DNA of 64,000 bases from an uncultured Acidobacteriaceae bacterium (GCA_963835895.1 CAWIHC010000005.1:207086-271085); one strand, 5' to 3'. Counted from the stretch's first letter, positions 1 to 12,993 are shown. Program-made: numbers and translations. The notes: generated from the letters alone by a model not told the origin.

Positions 1-272
1 AGGAAAGATGACCGTGATCCGTGTTGCTCCTCAGGCACTGGCCGAACACGCGACATATTCTGATGTGCAGCGTGTGAACGCATCCGGGGCTGACTCCGCC
101 GTCGAAGGGAAGTGACGCACAGTCGACCACGGGTGATGACGAATCTAAGCTCGCGCAGGCTTTTCGTGCAGTTCGTTTGATCGAACTCAAGGACAGTCTA
201 GCGAACAGCCGACCAGGGCAGCACAGAAGGGATTATGAGCATGAGCATTGCGGGAAGTGAGGAGAATCTATC

Positions 273-1160
273 GTGGTAAGGTATCGCATGACAGGCGCGC
301 TTCAGAATCGATTTGTCGGCCAAGGCCTTGCTCTGAGATTGTTCGTGGGCCTTTACGCTGTCCTCTCTATGACGGCAGTCAGCGATGCAGCCGACGTGCG
401 CATCGCGGTCTGCCAGATTCTGGTCATCGATGGCGACCGCGAAGGCAACTTCAAGCGCATCGAATATGCGCTCAAGACGGCGCATGCCGAACATGCCGAG
501 ATTGCAAGCTTTCCGGAATCTTCGATCCTGGGATGGGAAAATCCTGATGCGTTCAGACTTGCGACTCCAATCCCGGGAGCCGACAGCGACCGCATCGAGG
601 CCCTGGCTCGCAAGTACGACGTGATGATCGCAATTGGATTGGATGAGAAGGACGGTAAGCGTCTCTTTGACACAGTAATTCTGGTTGACAGGACCGGTAA
701 GCTACTATGGAAGTATCGCAAGCTCAACGTTCTTCCGGAGCTGATGAGTCCTTCCTACTCGGTTGGATCACCAAAAGGCATAGGCGTTGTCGATACAGAA
801 TTCGGGCGCATAGGCCTGGTGATTTGCGCGGACACTTTCGGAGACGCGTATGCCGAGCAGGTTTCGCGATTGAAACCCGACCTGATGCTTGTTCCATACG
901 GATGGGCCGCTGTTCCCAATCGATGGCCCGCTCATGAGAAGGATCTCGAAGATCTTGTCATCAAGCGCGCCAGGCAATGGAAGTGCCCTGTAGTAGGCAC
1001 TGACCTGGTGGGCGAAATGACGCATGGGCCATGGAAAGGAGAAACATATGGCGGTGGCAGCGTAGTCATCGACGGTAACGGAAGAGTTTTGAAACTGTTG
1101 CGGGACCGCGATACAGATGTGTGCGTTGAGGAGCTGACAATCGCCCCGGGGACAAACTGA
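273..1160 (+). CDS. Carbon-nitrogen hydrolase (nitrilase superfamily) with N-terminal hydrophobic/signal segment
   Basis: Catalytic E-K-C triad motifs FPES, YRKL and ICAD; C-terminal GGSVVIDGNG; start codon uncertain (GTG 273 or ATG 288). Confidence 0.9.
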   Translation: MVRYRMTGALQNRFVGQGLALRLFVGLYAVLSMTAVSDAADVRIAVCQILVIDGDREGNFKRIEYALKTAHAEHAEIASFPESSILGWENPDAFRLATPIPGADSDRIEALARKYDVMIAIGLDEKDGKRLFDTVILVDRTGKLLWKYRKLNVLPELMSPSYSVGSPKGIGVVDTEFGRIGLVICADTFGDAYAEQVSRLKPDLMLVPYGWAAVPNRWPAHEKDLEDLVIKRARQWKCPVVGTDLVGEMTHGPWKGETYGGGSVVIDGNGRVLKLLRDRDTDVCVEELTIAPGTN

Positions 1161-1197
1161 TTCGGCCCGGTCGCTAACCTGCAATCTAGCTAAACAA

Positions 1198-1470
1198 GGG
1201 AGGCCCCCGGCTCTGCCGGGGTGGCAGTAGAAGTTTGACATTTCCGGGAGTCTGCTGTCTCTTGGTGTAACTGGTTAGCGCATTCGACATTTGGCCTGTG
1301 AGGCATTTGCTTTTGTTCTTGCTTTTGCTTTCAACGGTTGCGAAAAGGCCCCGGAAGAGCATGAGAGTTGAAGCCACACGAAGTAGGGGTGCAAATACCA
1401 TGTCATCTTTATCCCGAACTGTCGGCGCAGGACGTCGCACGGCAGTTTGGGCCTGCACCTGGAGAAGTAA
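1198..1470 (+). mobile_element. IS200/IS605-family left end plus degenerate tnpA 5' fragment
   Basis: Hairpin CCCCGGC-TCT-GCCGGGG followed by TGGCAGTAGAAGTTTGACA; 1354-1470 translates EEHES*SHTK*GCKYHVIFIPNCRRR, matching the IS200 TnpA N-terminus with two in-frame stops. Confidence 0.85.
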
Positions 1471-1721
1471 TCGCATTCGATAGATTTTGGAAAATAAAAC
1501 GATTATTCTTAGATGAGGAGGACGACGAACCGGTGCGCTAATGCAAGCAGCCGAATCTTTTTCAAGTGAGAGGCAATACAGCGCGGATTTTCCCTCTATA
1601 TGACCGCCGGCTGAATGCCGATCATGGCTGTTGCTGCAAAGTCGATTGCTGTCTCCTTACCATGCGGTCCGATGCGATATTTCTCATTCGAGTTCTGAAT
1701 CGCCAAAAACCTAACCAAATA

Positions 1722-1925
1722 GGGAGGTCCCCCGGCTCTGCCGGGGTGGCAGTCGAAGTTTGACAGTTACGGGAGTATGCCCTTGCATTTCTGTTTGCGT
1801 AGCCCGATCTGCTTGCACCGGGTCGTTTTTGCTGTTGCGGTTGCTTTTGCTTTCAACGGTTGCGAAAAGGCCCCTTTGAGGGGCCAGCAACCGTAAGGCC
1901 TCCGGCTCTGCCGGAGGATACTTAC
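1722..1925 (+). mobile_element. Non-autonomous IS200-derived miniature element (~204 bp)
   Basis: Left hairpin CCCCGGCTCTGCCGGGG, right hairpin CCTCCGGCTCTGCCGGAGG ending GATACTTAC; internal GCTTTTGCTTTCAACGGTTGCGAAAAGGCCCC shared with the 1198-1352 copy; no transposase. Confidence 0.8.
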
Positions 1926-2632
1926 CGCTGAAACGCGGCTTGAAGCTGGGGGTTGGGCTGCCCTCTTTGCGCTCACTTTCTGCGGACGCTGCGCCAAGTA
2001 ACCGATAAACATTGTAGGAAGCTTTGCCGCGAGAGCCGACGTCATTTTGAAGGTCCGCAGCTAGTTTTATGTGTTGAAACATCGGTGAGGCGCAAACGAC
2101 CTCACGAAGCGAGCCCGCGCGCGCTCGGCCCTTTTTGAAATTCAACAGAGAGGCGTCAGGGCTACAAAGGCGGATTTCAATCCGTTGTCGGGCGATCCAA
2201 GGTGGGAAGGACCTTCCCTCCAACTCTGCTGTCATTGCACGATGGGCGAGGGTTCTGCCTTGAGAGCCTTATCTATTTAGCAACTGTCTGCTAGGGCTCG
2301 TATCGGGAGATTCGCTTCGTGTTGGCGCGAGGCGCACTCCGAGCATCTCAATTCACCTCGCTGACACGAGCGAGACAGGCACTCTGTTCGAGGCGGGAGT
2401 TGAATGCCTGCGCCTTTGCCATTTGGATACAGATTGCCGCGCTTGCCGTTTTATCAGGTAATACGCTCCCCTCTCTTCGCTTTTTCTCTCGTGTTTCACT
2501 GTTTCGGTTACCTAGACTTCGTTGCGATTTGCATCCGAGCTGTGCGGCTGTGTGGAACCAGCTGTCTGAGGAGTCGCATGTTCGTACGTCACGAAACATG
2601 ACCATGAGGAAGAGTGGCCAGGAGGCGCGTAT

Positions 2633-5600
2633 ATGAACTGTTTTTGGAAAAGAGTGTTTCTAGTAACAGTCGCGATCATTACCCTATCGCTCTGTTCACC
2701 CGCTCAATCAACCGGCGCACTTGGTCGGCACCGTTCATGACACAACTGGTGCTGTCATCCAAGGCGCAAATGTCGCGGCTACCGACGTTCTAACGGGAAT
2801 ATCGAGCCAAACGAAAACGAACGGGACTGGGGATTATGCATTTCCAAGTCTGGCCACGGGAACATACAAACTATCAGTCACCGCGAGCGGCCTTAAACCA
2901 CTGCTCGTCGAACAGATTGAGATTCACGTCGCCAGCACGGTTCGTCAGGATGCAACGTTATCGCCGGCAGCCGTCTCAACCAGCGTTGAGGTGGTCAGCT
3001 CCACGCCGCTGCTGGATACGGAGACTGCGGAAATTGGACAACTGGTGGAGGCGAGCCAAATCACCGAGTTGCCCTTGAACGGACGCGATATTTACAACCT
3101 GCTGACGCTGACCGCCGGCACTGAATCCAGCCCAAACCCTAACAACAGTGTCGGGTTACAACGGTTATGTATCCCCCAGCCGCCCGACAATCGCTGGTGA
3201 GCGAGCCGGGTACACGGTCTTCCGCATGGATAGCCTCAACATAAATACGCAAGGACTTCCCCAGGCTGCCATATCCCCCAATGTGGATGCCGTGCAGGAG
3301 TTCCGTTCGGTTACGCAGTTAGGGTCTGCCGCTGATTCCGGGCCCGGTTCCGTTTATGTCGATCTCAAGTCCGGCACAAACAGTTTCCATGGCGCGGCTT
3401 ACGATTTCCTGCGCAACAACGTCCTCGATGCAGAGCCATATTTCCGCAGGTGATCAAAAATGCCCCCGGCTACGCTTACGAGGGTGAGCAACTCCGCTAC
3501 AACCAGTTTGGCGCCACGGTGGGCGGGCCAATTTGGAAAAATCGCACCTTCTTCCTCGGGAGCACCCAAATTCTTCGCACTACAGATAAAACCCAGTCTC
3601 GTCAGCTTTTTCCGACGCTGCCATGATGAGCGGCGACTTTTCGGGTCTGGATCCTTATACCGGCAGCAACTTCGGGCCAGTGTACGTGCCGGGCAGCTTT
3701 GGTACGCAGACCTTCCCTAATAATCAGGTCCCAATTGCTTCCACGATGGCGCAATGCGCTTGTTCCGATCGCTTTCCGGGCTGCCAATTGCATGGCTTGC
3801 TTGTCTCTCGGTTTTGACTTTGTGGGAACACAGCCAAGCTTCAATAACGATACGCAGACAATTGCGAAGATTGAACATCACTTAAGCGACAAGGACCAGA
3901 TCTCTGGTTTTTACGTTAGAGATTATGGAACCAATACGAGTTCTCCCTTTCCAATTCAATATTGGGCCCAAGACATCTTAACGGACGGAAATGTTGTGGG
4001 CCTGCGTGAAACACACACATTGACCCCCAATTTGCTCAACACCTTTAACCTGGGTTATGTGCGCTTCCATCAGGAGCAGTATCCCGAATCCAACGCAAAC
4101 GGGAAATTCCAATATTTCACAAATATGCCATACAACTTGCCGCAGTTGGCCCCTGGCCCAGTACTCTCGCCAGGTCCCGCGTATACAATTGCGCCATTCG
4201 TCATTTTCAATGATACGGAATGGAGCTACGACTACAATGACAATTTGAATTGGTCGCACGGGCACCACAACATCGCAGCGGGATTTGAAGCGGTTCGGGA
4301 TGACAGTCTCTATGCTGAGAATTGGAACGCATTATTCATCTATTCTGACGGCTTAGCGGGATTAGGGTTCACTGGCTACGCATTTTCTGATTTTCTATCG
4401 GGATATCCATTTGTGGGGTTGACCGATCAAGGAACGGGTGCTACGCCGGGAGTGAAGCGCACCATCTATGAAACCTACGTCCAGGATGACTGGAAGATTG
4501 CGCCTCGCTTGACCGTCGATCTCGGGCTTCGCTATGAGCTTCCTGAAAGATGGCGTGACGTCAGCTCTCCCAAATACAACCGCTTGGGGACACTGGATAC
4601 CAGCGCGGCCAGCTTGGCGGATGGTGGCCAATTTCTGATTGCCGGCAGCTCGAATGTCTATATTCCCGCACAAGGCGTTGTTCCTGGGAAAGGCTCTGTC
4701 GTCCCCGATGGGCTGCAAAAGGCCCAGGCCACAAACTTCCAGCCGAGAGCAGGTCTTGCGTTTCGCCCGTTCGCTGATAACAAAACCGTAATTCGAGCCG
4801 GAGGAGGCATTTATTACGCGCTCGCTGACGAGCAGTCCGTCGTCTTTGAAATAGAGACACCGCCATGGCAATACGGATATGAATATGTAAATTATCAAGA
4901 GCTTTTTGGTGGACAGTTTTTAAAGGATGTCAACTTTTTCCCGCTGGGAAGTGTAACAGGTGCAGGAACCGGGTCGAAGGGAAATAACCCGAGCAATGTA
5001 GATGGCCGTTCTTACCAGTGGTCGCTGAGTGTGGAGAGGCAGTTGAGCAGGAACTTCATGGCCACTGCGGAATATGTTGGAAACGAGGACGCGCATCTAC
5101 CAACCGTGGTCTATGTCAACCAGCCGGCGCTGCCCAATGCGTCTCAGCTTGCGGCTTTGGAGGCCAATCCTGCAATGATGCAACAGCGGCGCAGGCGAGA
5201 GCGCCATTTGCCAATATCACCCCTGGCTATGAGTACCTGGACAGCGTGGGGACTTCGTCTTATAACGCGCTCTATGTGACCGCGTCTGGGCAGTTGACAA
5301 AGGGCCTCACGCTTTCAGCTAGCTATATATGGTCCAAGGTATTGGATGAGGCGTCCTCGGAAGATGCCCTCACCGACTATACAGCCGAATCTTGGATTTG
5401 ACAGGAGTCTTGCAATTTTTGATCACCCGCAACGTTTTGTGGCCAGTTGGGTCTACAACCTTCCCTTTGGTGACACGGTGTTGCACACCGATAACAAGAT
5501 ATTGAAGTCAAATCATCTCCGGATGGGAGACTACCGGTATTGCTACCTTTGAGGCGGGTTTTCCCTACTCCGTAACAACGGGTATTGATACGGCATTTCT

Positions 5601-6026
5601 TGATGCCGGCACCATGTACGCGAATCAGACAGGTCCGCTTGTGCACAGCAATATCCGTGCGACCGGAGGTACTACCTCACCCCACAAAACTTTGTGTTGC
5701 CGCCGTGGGGGCAGCTCAGTTCCGGGCGCCGAGATCAGTTCATCGGACCCGGAGTGAACAACTTTGATCTTGGGTTTATGAAGAACTTCAAGATCCTGGA
5801 GGGCCTGAATCTCCAGCTTCGTGGAGAGATGTTCAACGCCTTCAACCACGGCCAATTCCAGCTGGGGTCGCAATCGCTCGCGGAATCGGATAGCGCTCCA
5901 ACAGGCGGCCCGACAACGCCAACAGTTACGTATACGCCGGCTTCGCAATTCGGCCGGGTCACTGCGAATCCCCGGGAAGCGGGGCCTTATCGCGTTGCTC
6001 AGGTGGCCGCCAAATTGATTTTTTAA
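2633..6026 (+). CDS. TonB-dependent receptor (Oar-like, carboxypeptidase-regulatory N-domain), split by multiple frameshifts
   Basis: Signal peptide MNCFWKRVFLV...; GTVHDTTGAVIQGA, LPLNGRD, AVQEFR, SGTNSFHGAAYDFLRN, YVQDDWK, NFQPRAG, LRGEMFNAFNH; ends KLIF*. Confidence 0.9.
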
Positions 6027-6208
6027 CAGGAGTTCGTGCATGGCCAGAGGGGTGACTTGACGATGCCTCGGGATTCGTCTTTTGACGGCGAGTCATCATC
6101 GGGCTTTCCCTCGATGGCGATCGAACATGGGGAAGTGACCTTGCTCTTGAATTGCGCGCTCTGCTGGCGCAGTGGCTCTTCGGATTTCCCGGCCAAGAAA
6201 AGGGAATA

Positions 6209-7852
6209 ATGTGCCACTTAAAGATAACAAGAAGAAAATTTCTCGCGGCAAGTGCGATGAGTGTGGGGGCTGCGGCCGTTACTTCGGGATCGGTCGAAGG
6301 GCAATCCGCGCCTGGTCAGGACTCCAATCACAAGCAGGCTCTGCATGGCTCGCATCTCGCCTGTAATGAGGCTGAACAGCCGGTTCCCGTAAAAATACAC
6401 GTGTCGGCGGCAGAGCCGGTTCATGTCATGCGTGGCGGCATCGGTGCATCCTTTCACACAATCAGCACCACGTTGCCGGGCGCCAAGCCCAATGGAAGCT
6501 CCTGGTCCGGCAGTGCATGGGGCGGTAACCCGGAAGCCGGAGACGACGAGCACTGGAATGAGCTGTTCAGGCACGCTGAGTGGCTGGGAATGAATTGGTG
6601 CCGCGTCGAACTTGAACAACACATGTATGAGCCGGAACGACGGAGTCTTTGACTGGGACAATTCCGAGATGCAAGTGTTGTATCGCATCCTGGACTGGGC
6701 GGAGCGCCGCGGCGTCGACGTCTTCTTGCAGCAAATGTGGGGAAACGTCGCATGGAACGCCTATCCCGGCAATGCGGAGGACCCGGTCAGGCGGCTGCGC
6801 AGCGCCCCGTACTCAATACCGGAATGGGCTTATGGCATCGGAGAGCTCGTCGATCACCTGATACGGGTAAAGGGGTACACCTGCATCCGCTGGGTATCGG
6901 TTGCCAACGAGCCTGGTCATGACAATTTCTCCTGGTGGCAGGACTCCGATATGAAGTCGGTCCCATTCAGTCCGAGCCTGAAAGCTGTGCGGGAGGAGTT
7001 TGACCGCCGCGGGCTAGTCGTGCCAATTTCCGGGTCCCGATCGGACCGACCTGCCGGAACTCACAGCCGGCGGACGTGGATTTCGACCCTACATCGGAGC
7101 CTATGATCTGCACTCATACAACGCAGTGTTTGACTCGATGCCCGGAGAGTATAACTTAACCGAGGCAGAGAGGCGCATGAGCCAATGGGCGGAATGGGCA
7201 CACGCGAGGAACAAACCTTTCTTCATTTCCGAGTTTGGCACCATGGCCTATGGAAGGGGGCACACTGACGCGGGCCCGGCCTGCTATCAATCGGGGTTAA
7301 AAAACGCATCCCTGGTTGTGCGCGGCATCAACGCCGGTGTGGATGGCTTTAATCGCTGGAGTTTTACCAACCGCGGTGACCTGGACGGACAATGGCAATT
7401 GGTGCGCACCTGGGACGCCGGCCGCGATAAACTGCTGGATACCTTCGCGCCTCAGCCTAATGCGTACTATCAGTTTGCAATGCTTTCGCGCTATCTGCCT
7501 AAGTATGCCGAGGTCCTGGCATCTCGTGTCGATGCGCCGTATCTTGAAGAGGATCGGAAATTGGTAGCTGCCGCACTGCGTACCCCCAAAGGAAACCTTA
7601 CGCTGATATTGAGTAAACGAGAACCATTGCGCAGCCGACGTGAATATGGAGTTAAATGGCTTGCCTGCCACAGTGCGCTTGCATCGCTATGCGATAACCA
7701 AAGACGATGAAGACAAGTGCGACGTAGCCCTTAGTCCGCAAAGCAGCATTGATGTTAGCGCTGTGCTCTCAGACCGCATTCAGCCCATGAGTATCGTCGT
7801 CTATTCAACCTACTCGCTAGATCTGATGATCCAGGTCATGATCGTCGAATAG
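6209..7852 (+). CDS. Tat-exported clan GH-A glycoside hydrolase (GH5/GH30/GH39-like), frameshifted
   Basis: TRRKFL Tat motif; acid/base VANEP and nucleophile FISEFG; pieces 6209-6652, 6612-7106, 7126-7710, 7640-7852. Confidence 0.75.
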
Positions 7853-8116
7853 ACATCTGACGTGTCCAGGATCGTCGATAAACAGTGGATTGCACCGGGA
7901 ATCGATTGAAAGACTGTCTCCACGTCGATGCGGAAAGAGACGAAAAGGTGGAATTTCTTCGAGCGATTTGTGAATGCATGGTATTCGCCAACGGCTAAGA
8001 CCACGGAATAATGCTGCGGACTTGGCCGCTTTGTACCTTTCACCCCTGTCTGTTTCAGGCGCCCACCCATCGGGGCTCAGGTTGTTCTCGCATCGCCAAA
8101 TTCTGGAGGAGCGCAC

Positions 8117-9882
8117 ATGATGCGACCGTTCCAGCAATGCCTTGTCGTGATAATTGGCACCTTGATACTGGGGTCAGGGTGCCTATGCCCGAAGGAACAA
8201 TATGATGTCAAAGTCGAGACCAATGTGGCGATGAAAACCCGCGATGGGATCACTCTGCGAGCAGACATCTATCGTCCTGAAACCCCAGGGAAAATTCCCA
8301 GTCATTCTGCAGCGAACCCCATACGACAAGCGCAATGACGTGGCAACCGGGCTGAGTTTTGCTTCGCACGGTTTCGTCTTTGTCGATCAGGATGTTCGAG
8401 GCCGGAACGCATCGGAAGGCGATTGGTATCCCTTTAAATATGAATCGCAAGACGGTTATGATGCGGTGGAATGGGTAGCTGGATTGCCCTATTCCGACGG
8501 CAAAGTGGGCTTGTATGGCGGATCCTATGTAGGCGCAACCCAGATGCTTACGGCAATCGCTTCACCACCACACCTGGTCGGGATCATGCCGTTCGTAACG
8601 GCATCGGACTACCACGAAGATTGGGCATATCAAGGCGGAGCATTTGAACAGCTTCTCGCGCAAGCGTGGAGCAGTGCCCTCGCTCTGGATGGGCTAACGC
8701 GACGAACTGCTCCAACCGCCATGCCGACACATTGGGATTTGAAGCAACCACCCGTTGATTATCCCTTGCTGGATCCAGGCGATACCACTGCCGGTCTCGC
8801 CAATTACTATTTCGACTGGATTGACCACCCTACCTATGATGATTATTGGAAGCAGTGGTCGATTCAAAGAAATTTCGACAAGATACTAGTGCCGGCACTT
8901 GTGATTGGCGGCTGGTATGACTTGTTTCAGGACGGCTCACTCCGAACATATATGGGAATCCGAAGCAATGGGGGGAGCGAGGAGGCGCGGAAGGGGACAC
9001 GCTTAATAATGATCGTTGGCGGCCATGCCGGGTTCACTCCGAAAATCGGCGATGTCGATTTTGGTAAGCAGTCGGTTCCAGATATAACGGGACTTGCAAT
9101 CCAATGGTACGACTACCTGCTCAAGGGAATTGACGACGGGAGTTCCAAACAAGCGCCCGTACGACTTGTTCGTTATGGGGAAGAACGAGTGGCGCTGACG
9201 AGGACGATTGGCCGTTAAAGCGTGCGACAAAGCACTTCCTACTACTTGCATTCCAACGGGAAAGCGAACACCCTCAGCGGTGACGGAACCTTGAGCACAA
9301 TTCCTCCAAAAACTGAAACTGCTGATCAGTATGTCTATGATCCCGAATGATCCCGTACCTACGCACGGCGGGCCGGTTTTGGGTGACACCGCCCATTACC
9401 CTCCTGGTCCTCTTGACCAGCGGGCCGTGGAGACGAGGCCGGATGTGCTCGTTTATACTACGCCTGCCTTCAATCAGGATACCGAGGTGACAGGGCCTGT
9501 GACCCTGGAACTTTATGTGAGTTCTTCTGCTGTCGACACGGATTTTGTCGGAAAGCTGATAGATGTGTCGCCGAACGGATTTGCAGAGAACCTCACGGAT
9601 GGGATATTGCGGGCACGTTATCGGGTCTCGGAGGAAAAGCCTGAGCTGATGAATCCCGGCGAGGTGTACAAGTTGACCATCGATCTTTGGTCCACCTCGA
9701 ATGTATTTCTGGCGGGGCACAAACTTCGCCTGGAAATTGAAAGCAGCAATTTTCCCCGCTTCGACCGGAATCTCAATAACGGACTAAGCCCGGAAACCTC
9801 AACAGACCCAATCAAGGCCACCAATGTGATCTATCACGACAGCGCACATGCCTCGGCCCTGATATTGCCAATTGTGCCATGA
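8117..9882 (+). CDS. CocE/NonD family serine hydrolase (S15-like), frameshifted
   Basis: TRDGITLRADIYRP, RTPYDK, QDVRGRNASEG, GxSYxG (GGSYVG), GGWYDLF, SSNFPRFDRNLN. Confidence 0.92.
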
Positions 9883-9972
9883 GGAATGTTCTCGGCATAG
9901 TGCTCGAATGACGTGCAGCAAACTCGCAATCAGTTTCGCTCACTTCGATCCATGAGTAATGAGATGGATGAT

Positions 9973-11146
9973 ATGCATCTAACGCGCAGGAAGTTCTTGG
10001 AGAAATCCGCGCTAACTGCTGGAACGGCCGCTGTTTTCGGAAGCAGTATTTCTAATTGTGGACTAACGCCAGGGGCAAACACTGCCAGGATGGCATGCCC
10101 AACGAACGCCGATGTGCTTCCGGATAGAGGAAAACCCATTAAGCAATTCTGGTGCGACCTCAATTGGTCCCACCCACTAGATGATCACACCGCAATGGTC
10201 CCGGCCTTGCCGCAAGACTGGGCCAATGTTGATCCCGCCGAGTATTTTGCCTGGCACCGCGACTTCGGCGTGAACATTATGTCCCTCCAGGCGTATGTAT
10301 TGGATGGGTATGCCTTCTATCCGACGAAACTGGGTCCTACGGCCCCGGGCGCTGGAGCGGAGCTGTTTCCTCGACTTTTCAGGATCGCCGAAAAGGCCGG
10401 GATGCCATTCTGCGGATACTTCTCGATCGCGCAGGACCTGGTCATGAGTAACTTGCGCTTTGATTGGCTGGTCCCTACGAGTCGCAATTACAGTTGGCCG
10501 GGGATGATGGCGCCCGAAAGTCCATGGGCCGATCTACTCTGCGCGAGGATTACAGAGTTTCTCAAGTTATACCCCGTGGAATGGATCAATTTTGATTGCT
10601 TCAACTATGGAAAATTCGACTGCAATGACTTTCCAGTTCAGCCCTCTCCACATGTCAAGGGGCCATTCAAGGAAATCGTTGGTCGAGACATGCCTGAAGA
10701 GGCGTCCGATATCACGCCCGAAGAGAGCTTAAAGTACAAGCGTGAGATCATGGCGCGGCTCTTTTACCGCATTAAGGGGGTGATTGATAAAGACAAGCCC
10801 CGCAACGAAGACCAACTTTAATGTCCCGTTTTTCAGGGCGGGGGAACCGATGTGGGTGAATCATCCAATGGTAAACGAGTGCGATCAGCTTATTGCGGAA
10901 TCGAGCGACGACACCATTGTGAATTGGCTTCTGGCTATCCGAAAGCCGCATCAAAGGGTGATGACCACTGTCATTGGGCGGCCCACGGAGAAGGGGCTTT
11001 GTGACCCGAACAGCTGGCAGAAATGGTACACGCGTGGGTGTGACTTTAGCGGCTATGCCCACGGAATCCCACCGGACTTCCGACCGTGGGCAGGCGTCAA
11101 AGGTCAGGTTGAGATCGTGCGTAATGCATTTCATCATATGCCATGA
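9973..11146 (+). CDS. Tat-exported putative TIM-barrel glycoside hydrolase (GHL6/alpha-fucosidase-like), one frameshift near 10790
   Basis: TRRKFL Tat motif; DPAEY...GVN, GYAFYPTKLG, GMPFCGYFS, YPVEWINFD pattern resembles GHL6/GH29-like barrels. Confidence 0.55.
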
Positions 11147-11323
11147 TTCAAACCGAAAGCGAACTTGTGTTTCTGTGCCGGGTGGCTTTGCCTGGACCGA
11201 AATGCTCAACTCTGAGGATGCAGAGCCTCGGGTGGCGCGGCGAAATCAGATTCAACCTCTGGCGTCCAAACTTACCGCCAAAACGTCTCAGGCCACCTGA
11301 ATTGTGTGCGAGGGGATGAACCA

Positions 11324-12685
11324 ATGAAAGTATTTAGAGATACAGTCATTGCTGTATTTGCAGTCCTGGCTTTCTGCGGCGTGGCGCAAGCCGCATCCTG
11401 GCAGCCGGAAGATTCCGCGGCAATGCCAGGGAAATCGAATGGCCCAAGCTCCATCAACCTGCGCGAGGCTCCCTACTCGGCGGCGGGTAACGGGAAAACG
11501 GACGATACCGAAGCCTTCCAGAAGGCGCTCGACGAAGTGGGCACGGAGGGTGGTGGAATCGTATTCGTGCCAGCCGGCAGATACATGATTAAGTCACACC
11601 TCTCGGTTTCCGCCGGCACATCTCTTGTCGGTGTTAGCCGGGCGCCACTCACCTATGCGCCCGAGTCGCCAGGCTCGACTTTGCTTGCCACTGAAGGAGC
11701 GGGAAATACCGAGGAAACCGCTTTTATTACACTTCACGGCCCAAACTCGACGATCGAAGGCATCACGATCTTTTTTCCCAATCAGACCGTCACAGAAGAG
11801 GCGACACCTTACCCCTGGACGGTGCGAGGGTCTGGTGACAACGTTTCGATCATCAATGTTTTGCTGGTCAATCCCTACCAGGGAGTTGATTTTGCCACCA
11901 GCCAGTCACCGCGGCACTACATTCGAGGGCTCTATGGCCAGCCGCTTTTCAAGGGAATCTGGGTGGATCAGTGCTACGATATCGGCCGAATTCAGGATGT
12001 TCACTTTTGGCCGTTTTGGACGCAAGACAAGCGCATAATCGATTTCACAACGACGAAAGGTGCGATGATTATCTTCCAGCGAACAGATTGGGAGGTCGTC
12101 GAAGACGTCTTCTCCTGGGGATATCACGTCGGCACCGAGTTTTCAGCCTCCAAGCATGGGAGCATGAATGGACAAATGACAGATATCAATCTGGACAACG
12201 TCGATATTGGATTGAATGTGAGCGCAACTCAGCCTTTCGCAGTGCACATATCGAACCTGAACATTGCCAATGCTGGAGCGGGCACAGATCATATCGCGAT
12301 CTGGGGCCGCAAGAGCGATAAGGAAGCCGAACTCGATGTCCGCGGCGCCAGCTTTTGGGGTTTTGTAAAAAGGTCTGTGCGCTGGGAAAACCCCGGCGCC
12401 GTCGCGCTTTCTGATAACCGCTTGATTCCCTGGAACCTCGATCGGCCGATGATCGAAATTAACGCAGGGAGTGCAATCGTCCACGACAACATCTTTCAAC
12501 CCTATCGCCAGGAGCACATTGAGGATTACTGGCATTACGATCCGGTTCCCGCTAAGCAAGGCGCAGTGGCGGTTCGGATTGGAGCCGACGCGAAGAGTGT
12601 GATGATCTACGGCAATCAACTGAACGGCAACGACATTGAGAACAACGCCAGTGAGCGTGTTCTCTTGAATGACAATCAGCAGTGA
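11324..12685 (+). CDS. Secreted right-handed beta-helix protein (pectate lyase superfamily / GH28-GH55-related)
   Basis: Signal peptide; YSAAGNGKTDDTEAFQKALD...GGGIVFVPAGRY motif; Asn/Ile-rich repeats. Confidence 0.85.
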   Translation: MKVFRDTVIAVFAVLAFCGVAQAASWQPEDSAAMPGKSNGPSSINLREAPYSAAGNGKTDDTEAFQKALDEVGTEGGGIVFVPAGRYMIKSHLSVSAGTSLVGVSRAPLTYAPESPGSTLLATEGAGNTEETAFITLHGPNSTIEGITIFFPNQTVTEEATPYPWTVRGSGDNVSIINVLLVNPYQGVDFATSQSPRHYIRGLYGQPLFKGIWVDQCYDIGRIQDVHFWPFWTQDKRIIDFTTTKGAMIIFQRTDWEVVEDVFSWGYHVGTEFSASKHGSMNGQMTDINLDNVDIGLNVSATQPFAVHISNLNIANAGAGTDHIAIWGRKSDKEAELDVRGASFWGFVKRSVRWENPGAVALSDNRLIPWNLDRPMIEINAGSAIVHDNIFQPYRQEHIEDYWHYDPVPAKQGAVAVRIGADAKSVMIYGNQLNGNDIENNASERVLLNDNQQ

Positions 12686-12993
12686 GCTCGAGGCGGTGGC
12701 CATCCCATTGCCTGAAAGTAAGAAGGGCTAGCGTCTGCCGGTTCGATTCGCAACTGGCCTGGCAGAGATGGCCGTTTTATCCTTCAAAACGTCTTGGAGG
12801 CCGCCGAAATTTCGTCGGTTTTCGACCCCGGGTTTCCTACAATTCTCGTTGTTTACGTGGCGGCGTGTTCTAGGGAAGGAAAAGCCCCCACTCGACCTAA
12901 CAGTTCCGAAACGGCCCGCCGTGGGCGCACGGGTTAAACGAATGAGCAATAGCTTGTCCTCTGTTAGATCTGTTGCGATGGAAAGGGAAGCAG

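Noticed and set aside
1354-1470. Stop-codon readthrough (TGA/TAG) in the tnpA fragment
   Set aside because: Stops replace Leu/Trp codons in a truncated IS remnant; ordinary decay
1711-2235. 174-aa minus-strand ORF (also 1186-1476)
   Set aside because: Reads through the IS200-derived element; shared peptides come from the repeat, and no family is recognised in the rest
2577-2600. Palindrome CATGTTCGT...ACGAAACATG as another copy of the 17-bp operator
   Set aside because: TTC-GAA spacing is 9 rather than 7; it may be a different site but is unsupported
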